A stretch of 64,000 nucleotides of DNA from an uncultured Ruminococcus sp. (GTDB taxonomy: Bacteria > Bacillota > Clostridia > Oscillospirales > Acutalibacteraceae). The notes beneath the pieces were generated by a model. The model saw nothing but the letters and a program-made list of their open reading frames with translations, did not search any database and was not told the DNA's origin. This document shows positions 1 through 9,600 of the stretch, piece after piece. How positions within the stretch are numbered: position 1 is the first letter of the stretch; every line of letters begins with the position of its first letter. Position numbers and translations under genes: made by a program. The stretch is taken from assembly GCA_902761345.1 (NCBI GenBank), contig CACWKD010000005.1, forward strand, positions 15,892 to 79,891. Reading direction: 5' to 3'.

Positions 1-2
1 AG

Positions 3-1601
3 CTTTACAACACAGATGAACTTCGTCAGGAGCTTATCCGCTGCGGTTATGAATTTAAAGGACATTCCGACACAGAGGTACTTTTAAAAAGCTACATACA
101 CCACGGTACGGAATGCGTCAAACAGCTAAACGGTATATTCTCATTCGCTATTTATGACGGACGTGATGAGAGTGTTTTTATCGCAAGAGATCCCATAGGT
201 GTAAAGCCGTTTTTCTATTACAAATATAACGGCGGTCTGCTTGCGGCGTCCGAGATAAAAGCCCTTCTCGCAAACCCTATTGTCAAACCTCAGATAGACG
301 AACAGGGGCTTATGGAGCTGTTTTTTATAGGACCGGGCAAAACAGGCGGACAGGGGATTTTCAAAAATGTAGGAGAGCTTTTGCCGGGTGAGTGCGGTAT
401 CTACAAGGACGGCACACTTAAAAAACAGCGATACTTTACAATAAAGGCTCGCCCTCACACTGACAACAGAGAACAGACTAAGGAACACGTACGTTACCTG
501 TTGACAGACGCTATTGAAAGACAGCTTGTAAGCGATGTGCCGCTGTGTACGTTTTTGTCGGGCGGTCTTGATTCAAGCATTATTTCAAACACCGCCGCAA
601 ATTATTACAAGAGAAAAAATCTCCCTCTGCACACCTACTCCGTAAATTATGTTGATAACAAAAAGTATTTTCAGAAAAGCCTGTTCCAGCCTAATTCCGA
701 TGAAGAATTTATTGATATTATGGTACGTCACACAGGCTCTGATCACCACGAGGTAATACTTGACAACACCGATTTGTACAACGCATTATTCGACGCTGTA
801 AACGCAAGAGATCTGCCGGGTATGGTTGACGTTGACTCATCTCTTTTACTTTTTTGCAGAGAAGTAAAAAAAGATTTTACAGTCGCTTTGTCGGGAGAAT
901 GCGCAGATGAGCTTTTCGGCGGTTATCCTTGGTATCATAACGAACAGATACTCTTCGAGGAGTGTTTCCCGTGGTCACGCTCACAGGCTGTACGCAGGAG
1001 TATTCTGAAAAGCGGAGTTCTTCCAAAGGGCGAGGAATACGTAAGACAGCGTTAGCTCGACACTGTAAACCGCACGGACTGCCTGCCCGAGGACAACAGG
1101 CATACAAGGCGAATGCGTGAGATGTTTATGCTCAACTTTAACTGGTTTATGCAGACGCTTCTCGACAGAAAAGACCGCTGTTCAATGTATGAAAGCTTAG
1201 AGGTAAGAGTACCGTTCTGCGATTACAGAATAGTGGAATATGCGTACAATATGCCGTGGGAGCTTAAAGCGCTTGACGGCAGAGAAAAGGGCATAGTTAG
1301 GGCGGCTTTTTCGGATCATTTGCCCGAAGCTATCACTTGGCGAAAGAAAAGCCCCTACCCGAAAACGCACAATCCTTTATACTTTGAGCTTGCAAGCCGC
1401 GGCGCGTTAAAGGTAATCGAAAACAAAACCTCGCCCCTATCGGAATATTTGAACGGAGCAGGTATCAGGGAGATCATCAGAAACCCCGAAGAAATATCCT
1501 CGCCGTGGTACGGTCAGCTAATGCGTGCCCCTCAGATCCTCGCCTACATCGCACAGCTTGATTACTGGTTTACTAAGTATGGAGTTGAGGTTGTTTGTTA
1601 G
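3..1601 (+). pseudogene. asnB: Asparagine synthase (glutamine-hydrolysing). The 5' end lies outside the window and the reading frame is interrupted by one in-frame TAG at 1053-1055.
   Basis: Frame 3 is open from position 3 and gives GHSDTEVLL, RDPIGVKPFFY and the PP-loop FLSGGLDSS. After the TAG the same frame continues with LNFNWFMQTLLDRKDRCSMYESLEVRVPFCDYRIVEY. ORFs 312..1055 and 1113..1601 share a frame, and the TAG is the only stop between them. Confidence 0.8.
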
Positions 1602-1897
1602 TTCAAAGTTCAAAGCTTATAGTTTAAAGTTGAGGGGAATTCAAACTTTGGGCTAACAGCTAACAACTAATGACTAACAACATAGAAATCCAAAGCCGCA
1701 GGCTTTCCGATATTATTCATTATTCATTCTTCATTATTCACTATTCATTACTTCCGTGTGGAGTCTTTTTGAATTAGGAGTGAGGAATGGGTTGTTAGTT
1801 CAAAGTTCAAAGTTCAAAGCTTATAGTTTAAAGTTGAGGGGAATTCAAACTTTGGGCTAACAACTAACAGCTAACAACTTACAACTAATAACTAACC
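1592..1897 (+). repeat. Composite intergenic repeat made of tandem heptamers. Two direct copies of about 90-105 bp (1592-1680 and 1791-1897) flank a central segment.
   Basis: GTTGTTAGTTCAAAGTTCAAAG..CTTATAGTTTAAAGTTGAGGGGAATTCAAACTTTGGGCTAACA.. occurs twice. The centre contains AAATCCAAAGCCGCAGGCTTTCCGATATTATTCATTATTCATT. Tandem 7-mers TTCAAAG, CTAACAA/G and TTCATTA are visible. Related copies lie at 11245-11516 and 14614-14843, with an inverted copy at 45958-46135. Confidence 0.85.
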
Positions 1898-1898
1898 G

Positions 1899-1940
1899 CC
1901 CCCCGACTTTGCATACTAATGCAGTCGGGGATTTTTTCTT
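1899..1940 (+). terminator. Rho-independent terminator downstream of asnB
   Basis: Stem CCCCGACT (1901-1908) pairs with AGTCGGGG (1923-1930) and is followed by ATTTTTTCTTTT. Confidence 0.8.
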
Positions 1941-1971
1941 TTATGCTTGCAATTCTGCTTATACTGCTGTA

Positions 1972-3605
1972 TAATTAGTCTTTGCTCAGCAATCCCACAC
2001 AAAAATCAAGGATAGATTTCTCTCTCCAACATAAAAGGCAGACAAAAGCCAAAGCAAAAGCTCCCTCGCAATGTTTCGGAGGTTCATTGCGAGAATTGAG
2101 AGCATAATCGATGAGCGGGTCGTGATATCGAGCTTGGTACAGATAAGCCCCATTCCAAAGCAGCGCTTTGCGAGACTGAAACCTCTCTCGACTTCAATAC
2201 GATCCGTGTTATCCTGATGTGCGGTTTTGAGTTCTTCCGATGACGGGTTCTTCTTTGGACGTCCCAGGGGCGTGCCGGAAATTCGGATATTCTTGCTTTT
2301 GCAGAAAGCGATGTTTTTACGATTGCGGTAGATCTGATCTACAAGAACTCTCTCCGGATAATGCCCGGTTCTTTTGCGGTAATTCTCAATCGCCGTGATC
2401 AGCACATCGGCTTCATTGTAAGCGTCAAACGAAAGTTTTTCCAGACGTGCAATTCCTCTTTCGTCAATGCTCATATCGAGCTTTGCTCCGAACTCGACAG
2501 GTGCTTTTGCTTTGCCTCTGACGATTGGGCGAATATAGGGCTGAGATATGCTTACAATGCGGTCCTTTACACTGTGAACTCTGTTGTCGTACATGTATTT
2601 CTGCTGCTCGTAAAGCTCGGTGATAACGCTCAAACGCTGCTGCTGTTTATCGGTCAGAACGACATTGTTGTACAGAACAAACATATCGATATAGCCAAGA
2701 TCACGGCTGATATATCCGAGTTGTTTCCCGATTGCTTTGCGAACTCTTTTTGCTGTACGCTTTTTGCATTTTGCGAGAGCGAGATAATCTTTTCTTGCCT
2801 TTTGACGATACATACGAGGCTTGTAAAAGTTGTAATCACAGCATATCTGATCAATAATAGATTCAAGATTCTCTCTTGCCTCATTGAGCAGATTGATGTC
2901 CTGCGGATATGCGATATTCTGCGGTGCGCAGGTCGCATCAAGGATCAGAGTACCTTTGTTTTCAGATTCTGTTGATCCGGCTTGGTCCGCATTGGTCGTT
3001 TCCGTATTCCCACTGTCACCGCTGTTGCTGTTATCGGAATCTCCGTCCGTCGGGTCATCGGGAGCGTTATACGCAGCAATCATCTCATTGATCTCAGCCA
3101 AGACCTCCTCGTTGAGACGCTTGCGAAACTCAACAAGCAGAGATGGCGCAAATGGTGCTTTATATTCATATCCGGGAAGTCCTATGAAATATTGATAATA
3201 CGGGTTTTCCTTGATCTGCTCGACCAATTCGCGATCGGAGTATTTGTATTCTTTCTGAATAAGCAAACATCCCAATGCCATTTGCAAGGGCTTGGCGGGC
3301 ATTCCTACCTCACTCGGAAACAATGTCGCATAGCGGTCTTCAATTTCGTTCCATGGTATCAGAGCTGCTTTCTTTACCCATCTGTTTTCGCTGCTCATTT
3401 CCATTCCCAACGGCTGATTGAAGTCGCTGAAACTGAATTGATGATTCCTGTCGAATTTATACATATCCGTCTTCCCTCCAAGTGCAAGGTTTTTGCTCTG
3501 TTTGGTTATTTTTCCTTGCACTTATTATACCATGTTATGACTAAAAATGATACTGTTTATCGGGGATTTCTGGGGTATCGAAGGTATTGAAGCAGACACT
3601 AATTA
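1972..3605 (-). mobile_element. Insertion sequence, IS1182/IS5-superfamily-like, about 1.6 kb
   Basis: A single large DDE transposase ORF is flanked by imperfect terminal inverted repeats. The left end is TAATTAGTCTTTGCT (from 1972). The right end, read as reverse complement from 3605, is TAATTAGTGTCTGCT, matching at 13 of 15 positions. I could not determine a target-site duplication. Confidence 0.6.
1986..3521 (-). CDS. DDE transposase (IS1182/IS5-like, with an InsH-type N-terminal domain). The real start is probably the internal MYKFDRN near 3464.
   Basis: The 511-aa ORF carries an N-terminal FSFSDFNQPLGMEMSSENRWVKKAALIPWNEIEDRY..LQMALGCLLIQKEYKYSDRELVEQIKENPYYQYFIGL, which is typical of this transposase group. 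The C-terminal part RIEVERGFSLAKRCFGMGLI is also typical. Confidence 0.85.
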   Translation of the reverse strand: MQGKITKQSKNLALGGKTDMYKFDRNHQFSFSDFNQPLGMEMSSENRWVKKAALIPWNEIEDRYATLFPSEVGMPAKPLQMALGCLLIQKEYKYSDRELVEQIKENPYYQYFIGLPGYEYKAPFAPSLLVEFRKRLNEEVLAEINEMIAAYNAPDDPTDGDSDNSNSGDSGNTETTNADQAGSTESENKGTLILDATCAPQNIAYPQDINLLNEARENLESIIDQICCDYNFYKPRMYRQKARKDYLALAKCKKRTAKRVRKAIGKQLGYISRDLGYIDMFVLYNNVVLTDKQQQRLSVITELYEQQKYMYDNRVHSVKDRIVSISQPYIRPIVRGKAKAPVEFGAKLDMSIDERGIARLEKLSFDAYNEADVLITAIENYRKRTGHYPERVLVDQIYRNRKNIAFCKSKNIRISGTPLGRPKKNPSSEELKTAHQDNTDRIEVERGFSLAKRCFGMGLICTKLDITTRSSIMLSILAMNLRNIARELLLWLLSAFYVGERNLSLIFVWDC

Positions 3606-3670
3606 AAACATAATTTTTTTGTTATCCTGCAATTAAATTTGTTTATTTTATTACAACGAGGTGATTTTTT

Positions 3671-5392
3671 ATGAAAACAGGCAGAAAATTGTTAGCTGTT
3701 CTTATGGCTGTAACTATGCTTATGTCGAGCGTGTACATTACCGCTGCCGCCGATATGACGCTTGTAACAGTCAACCCCTATTGGAAACCCGAAGGGCAAG
3801 ACCGTTTCACGCTCGAGGGAGCGTATTACGATTTGCAGCCCGATACATCGGATACCCCCGAAATGCCCGATGTGCTTAAAAACCGCAAACCCAAGCACCA
3901 CGTTTTCGAGAGAAAAGAAGACCATATGCTAAATTTGCGTGATGAGCTTATTATGCCGGGCGATACCTTTGAGATACCGAACGATATTACACGGGATATG
4001 ATCTACACTGTGGATTGGTACGGCAGAGGAAACACACCTTCCCCCGATGAAAATCTGAGCATGGCGCTTTGCCCCGAAAAATACGGTATCGAAGTCACAG
4101 GCTCTGTCGATATTATAGGATATGACGACTTTGACTCGGGCGACGGTATAAGCCTTGACGGAAACCACTTCACAGACAAGTTTATCCGAACCGGAAAAAA
4201 CAACCTCAACTGCCCGATAGTAATACGCGCCACAGGAGGCGGCGGTGACGGTCCGTATGTGTACTATGATGACCACACTCAACGCAGACAGCACACAGAT
4301 ATTTGCTACGATGTTTACGCACCGTTCTATCACATCTACTATCACTTTATTGACGAACCCTCCGAATCTCCCGATTATGAGAGAATTTCATATGAAGGCT
4401 TTGAGGATTTCTTGAGGTATCGCATAAATGACCAAAAAACTCTTTTCTGGTCTTTGGGTGAATTTGAGGAGCTTGATTTCCCCGAATATTACTGGCTCAC
4501 GGACGAACCCTATACAATAAGCGTACCCAATCCCATACGAGAGGGAACTCATTTCTCCGTTTGGAACGGCGGAGGTGTTAACGGCGTTGGAGATATGAGC
4601 GAGGCTCATCAGGAAGTCTTTGCCGATCACACCGAATTGTCTGTAAGGTGGGTATGGGAATTCCCGAATATTGACGATATGCTTATTGATGAACTTGACC
4701 ATTATTACAGCGATATAAATTTTTATACTGCGGGCGATATAATTATGTCCCCCGGATTAGGCGGCAATCAGAGAACTATATATTTAGACCCAAACGGCGG
4801 TACTATTAACGGACGTGACAAATTTATAATAGCCGCAAACGAAGTCAAGCGTGAGGACGAGGCAAAGTACGGCGAAAACGGCGACAGCAGAATCCCCGAT
4901 GACGGCGACTTCGGATTTGATATTAACGACTATATCCCCGAAAAGCCCGGAGATACTTTTCTCGGCTGGTGTGCCAAAGAGAACGCTCTTTACTCAAGCT
5001 TTGTAACAAAAGACTCAACTATCGAAGCGTACCGCTATTTTTGGGAGGACGACGAATACGGCACTTATACCGACAAATTCTGCGAACAGCGTCTTTACGC
5101 AAAATGGGCAAGTCAAACAGATGAAGCCTTAGAGAAAAACGGCTGGAAGCTTACAGATGACGGTACTCTTTTCATTATTGATGACGAGGGTGCGGAAAAC
5201 TGGGTAAAGGCACTGAAAGCAGACCCAAACCTTGCACCTAAAGTAAAGGACGTTAAATTGGGATATAAGGGCGAAAATGTTCAGAATTTACCTGCTAAAT
5301 TCCTTGACGGCTGTACCGGTGTCACAGAGCTTGTTTTTGACGAGCCTGTAAAATGGACCCTGGACGGAGAGTACGCTCCACGTACCCGATGA
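3671..5392 (+). CDS. Secreted protein with a signal peptide and a Listeria-Bacteroides type repeat. Probably the N-terminal part of one gene that continues in 5418..6665.
   Basis: Signal peptide MKTGRKLLAVLMAVTMLMSSVYITAAAD. The Flg_new-like pattern is IYLDPNGGTINGRD...PEKPGDTFLGWCAKEN...RLYAKWA. The start is preceded by ACGAGGTGA. Confidence 0.75.
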   Translation: MKTGRKLLAVLMAVTMLMSSVYITAAADMTLVTVNPYWKPEGQDRFTLEGAYYDLQPDTSDTPEMPDVLKNRKPKHHVFERKEDHMLNLRDELIMPGDTFEIPNDITRDMIYTVDWYGRGNTPSPDENLSMALCPEKYGIEVTGSVDIIGYDDFDSGDGISLDGNHFTDKFIRTGKNNLNCPIVIRATGGGGDGPYVYYDDHTQRRQHTDICYDVYAPFYHIYYHFIDEPSESPDYERISYEGFEDFLRYRINDQKTLFWSLGEFEELDFPEYYWLTDEPYTISVPNPIREGTHFSVWNGGGVNGVGDMSEAHQEVFADHTELSVRWVWEFPNIDDMLIDELDHYYSDINFYTAGDIIMSPGLGGNQRTIYLDPNGGTINGRDKFIIAANEVKREDEAKYGENGDSRIPDDGDFGFDINDYIPEKPGDTFLGWCAKENALYSSFVTKDSTIEAYRYFWEDDEYGTYTDKFCEQRLYAKWASQTDEALEKNGWKLTDDGTLFIIDDEGAENWVKALKADPNLAPKVKDVKLGYKGENVQNLPAKFLDGCTGVTELVFDEPVKWTLDGEYAPRTR

Positions 5393-5417
5393 ATATTACG
5401 AGGAATACAAAAACGCT

Positions 5418-6665
5418 TTGGGTGAATATGCTTATCTTCTCGAAAAACCGAACGCTCAGCGTTATCCGCTAACCGTAAACGGCACTATTATCACAGATGA
5501 TAATTTAGAGATAACGTGCGGCGACGGTACGGCAAAATTCAATCCTGATACAAACACCTTAACTCTTACAAACGCAACACTTACAAACAGCCTTAATCCG
5601 CATTACGCAAACCACTATTACGTTGACGATTCTACTCCCGATACTCCAAGCGATTATGAAAACTATAACAATTATGCTATCGTATCACATCTTGATAAAC
5701 TCACTGTTGTTATAGAGGGCGAAGTCACGGTAAACACAGTAGTTGACAACGCCTACGGTTCAACTCACGAGGAGCTGCCGAATTTCATCTATACCGAAGG
5801 CGATCTGGAGCTTACGGGCAGCGGTACTCTGAAAGCCGTTAAAAACGATACTTCATTATACTACAAGGATAATGAAACTATGGAACTGCGAGAATATATC
5901 GGTCCCGGACAGGTAAAGGCTCGGATAAACGGAGATCTCACCGTAACCGACTTAACAACAGAAAGACTGTATGCTAATGTTATGGGCAGCTTTAACGGTG
6001 AAAACGCAAAAATGTACGGCGGTTTGATAAATGCTCAAGGAGATGTTAACGCCGATAATCTTACCGTCAAGGACTTCAACGCACCCGAGGGCGATCTGAT
6101 GCTCGCTCAAGAGATCGCTTATATAATCTCATACGGAAAAAGCAGTATGAATTTCAATAACTGCGATTGCGAGTATACCGTTATCCAAGGCATTAACCAA
6201 TGCGAAGAAATAAACATTACCAACAGTAAAATGTCACTTTCAGGCAGTCTTGAGGGCGGAGATAATACAGTGCTTAATATTGATAACTCCGATATCTTTA
6301 TCAGTGCGGGAATGAATGATTACGGACCCCAAAATTCTATTGTAAACATTGCCCCCGAGAACATCACTATTACAAACGCATATATTGCGGGCGGTAACTT
6401 GACAGACGTTTTCCTCGTGATAAAGCCCGAGGAAAATCAGACAGCAGGACTTTTGGGCGATGTAAACGGCGATAACAAGGTTACGGCTAAGGACAGTTTA
6501 GTCATACAAAGATTTGTTATCAGTTCCGCGCAATTGGACGATCATCAGCAAAAGCTTGCAGACGTTGACTCAAACGGTAAAGTTACAAACGCAGACGCTC
6601 TGCATATTCTCAGATACACCATTAATGCCAATGATAAATATCCGATAGGACAAACGCTTGCATAA
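5418..6665 (+). CDS. Dockerin-bearing protein fragment with no signal peptide of its own. Probably the C-terminal part of the 3671..5392 gene, separated from it by a frameshift.
   Basis: C-terminal dockerin GDVNGDNKVTAKDSLVIQRFVISSAQLDDHQQKLADVDSNGKVTNADALHILRYTI. This frame is already open from 5352 and overlaps the end of the upstream ORF. The annotated start is TTG. Confidence 0.7.
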   Translation: MGEYAYLLEKPNAQRYPLTVNGTIITDDNLEITCGDGTAKFNPDTNTLTLTNATLTNSLNPHYANHYYVDDSTPDTPSDYENYNNYAIVSHLDKLTVVIEGEVTVNTVVDNAYGSTHEELPNFIYTEGDLELTGSGTLKAVKNDTSLYYKDNETMELREYIGPGQVKARINGDLTVTDLTTERLYANVMGSFNGENAKMYGGLINAQGDVNADNLTVKDFNAPEGDLMLAQEIAYIISYGKSSMNFNNCDCEYTVIQGINQCEEINITNSKMSLSGSLEGGDNTVLNIDNSDIFISAGMNDYGPQNSIVNIAPENITITNAYIAGGNLTDVFLVIKPEENQTAGLLGDVNGDNKVTAKDSLVIQRFVISSAQLDDHQQKLADVDSNGKVTNADALHILRYTINANDKYPIGQTLA

Positions 6666-6699
6666 GCTTAGTTATCGGTAAAATCAAGGAGATGTTATT

Positions 6700-9600
6700 A
6701 TGAAAATAAAGAAACTGTTCGCAGGTATGCTTGCGGCTGCCGTTATGCTCTCGGGTACAAACGCACTCGCATATGAGAGCAGCGTACCTGCTGTAAGCGG
6801 TGATTCCGACAGCTTATTTGCAGAGAATTACCAATACTCGGTTTTAGAGGACAATACTGCCGTCCTCACAAGGTACACAGGCAGCAGCGTAAATATAGTT
6901 ATCCCGAGCGAGATCGACGGACACAAAGTATCGGAGCTGAGCGGTACATTTAACGGCGCTGACACGGCGGAGTCGATCGTTAGCATTACTGTCCCCGATA
7001 CCGTCAAAACTATCGGCTACGCAACCTTTGCTCAGCTGTCGGCATTAGAAACTATTCTCTTGCCCGACAGTCTGGAAACGATCGGCAACCACGCATTCCG
7101 CTACTGTGCCTCTCTTGAAGAGGTAAGAATACCGTCCTCGGTTACTTCTATCGGCGAATACGCTTTCTACGGCTGCGAAAACCTCAGAAACGTCGTTATC
7201 CCCGACAGTGTAACACAGATAGGATTTGTAGCTTTTGAAGAAACTCCGTGGCTTACAAACTACTTGAATGATTTTGTAATTGTCGGCGACGAAATCCTTA
7301 TCTGCTACAAGGGCAGCGACGAACACGCAGAAATTCCCGACGGGGTAAAGAAAATAGCCGACGGCGCATTCTCTGTTGCAGAACTCAGAATCGACAAAGG
7401 ATCTTTTACAAATACGTACATCACAAGCGTTTCTATCCCCGACACTGTAACATATATCGGTGATTACGCTTTCTCACGAAACAAAATTTCGAGCATTCAT
7501 ATTTCCCGTTCGGTAAAGACAGTAGGCTCAAACGCTTTCCGCTTTACAAATCTAAATACGGTTACTCTCCCCTCTACTGTTGAAAGCTGGGGCAGCGGAG
7601 TGTTTACAGGCTGTGAAAAACTGACAACCGTAAATGTTACCGAGGGCACAAAGGGAGCGTTTAACGAAGATATGTTCCGCAGCTGTTCCTCCCTTGCGTC
7701 AATAAACATTCCCGAGGGTACGACCGAAATAGGAGATCACTGCTTTGCATACTGTTCTTCACTGAAAAATGTAACTTTGAATGACGGACTTAAAAGAATA
7801 GGCGAAGAAGCTTTTTACCAGTGTACGGCTCTCGATAAAATAACGATACCCGCAACAGTAGAAACTCTCGAAACAAACGCTTTCGGAAGCTGCGACAACC
7901 TTTCACGAGTAGATTTCCCGGGCAGAAATACAGGTTGGAACGGCTCGCTGTTTACTTGGACATACAACGTTACTGTTTATTGCTATGCTAATTCCGAAGC
8001 TCATAAATCCGCTCTTGATGATAATTTAAAATTCGTTCTCTATGACGGCGAAGACACAAACACAGATTTTATCCCCGATACAAGCACAGATACAACCTCC
8101 GACACGGATACTTCATCAGATGAGGACGATATAAAGGACTATGAGTATACAGAAGATGAAACCTCCTGCACAATAACAAAATATAAAGGCAGCGAAAAAT
8201 CTGTTGTTATGCCCGATGAGATAAACGGCAAGCCCGTTTTGACGATTGCAGCGGATGCATTCAGCGGAAATAGTACAATCGAAGAGATATACTTACCCGA
8301 ACCTCTGATCAATATCGAAGCAAACGCATTCAATAAGTGTACTGCTTTAAGAGAAGTAAGCATTTTTGATAACACAGAAGCTATTTTTGACGGCGCTTTT
8401 TCACAGTGCCCCTCTCTTGAAACTATCTCAATACCCGAAAGCGTCAAAATCCTCGGCACGTCTGTATTCGCAGGCTGTATAAATCTTGAGGACGCAGAGA
8501 TTTTGGGACAGATAGACGCAATTGGTCCCGCAGTTTTCTTAGACTGCCGCAATCTTACATCTGTTACCATTTCGGACAGCGTACAGGAAATCGAACCTAC
8601 GGCTTTCACAGGCTGCGATAATCTTGAAGTGATTTACTGCTCGGAAGGCTCTGCGGCAGAGGCTTTTGCTAAAAGTATGGGTATTGAAACAGCTCCGATC
8701 GACGCAGAAGATACAGACGATACCGATATAAACACAGAAATTGATTATACAGACAAAAGCTACGCAGGTCATTTAAGCGTTACTTCAAACGGTTACACAA
8801 CAGAATATGATATGGAATACAACCCCGAACTAAATGCCTTTGTTTGCGATTATATACCTAAAGAGGGCGATACATTAGAGTTCTATATTACTAAAGATGA
8901 CCTTAAAGTAAGAGGAAGTTCCGAAACAGCAACAATAACAGGCACCTCCTCGGACGATGACCCGGTAGGAATTGCAATAACTCTTTCTCCGTTTAAGGTA
9001 TATACTATGTACCCCGATAACAGCGAAACTGAAACCGATACGGCAACCGATACAACAGACACCTCGACAGACACAGCAAACGATACAGCAACAGATACTT
9101 CAACCGATACTCCGAAATACAACAAAGACGGCTTTGAGTATGAAGTTGACAGCGAAAATAATTGTATCAGAATAACAAAATATACAGGCAGCGACGCTAA
9201 TGTTACAGTTCCCTCTGAAATAGACGGAAAGCCCGTTGAAATAATCGGACAAAATGCTTTTGAGTTCAATGAATGCAGAAGTATCACGCTGCCCGATACT
9301 CTTAAAACAATAGAGGATTCCGCATTTATATGCTCATCGCAGCTTACAGAAATAACTATTCCGAATTCTGTCACAGAGATAGGCGAATTTGCATTTGCTT
9401 TCTGTACGTACCTCAAAGAAGCTCGCCTCCCCAATTCTATAAATAAGATCCCTGCAAACTTATTCGGCTCTTGTTCAAACCTTGAAGATGTTACAATTCC
9501 GTCAAGCGTGACAGAGATAGCAGAAAATGCATTTGAGAACTCTCCAAGTGTTACTATCCATTGCGAGGAAGGTTCTGCCGCAGAGAATTTCGCCAAGGAG

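Noticed and set aside
6452-6662. The nearly identical dockerin-coding segments (6452-6662, 9700-9912, 11573-11790) as a dispersed DNA repeat or mobile cassette
   Set aside because: The similarity is explained by conservation of the dockerin protein module. The differences are mostly synonymous or conservative, and the similarity does not extend outside the module.
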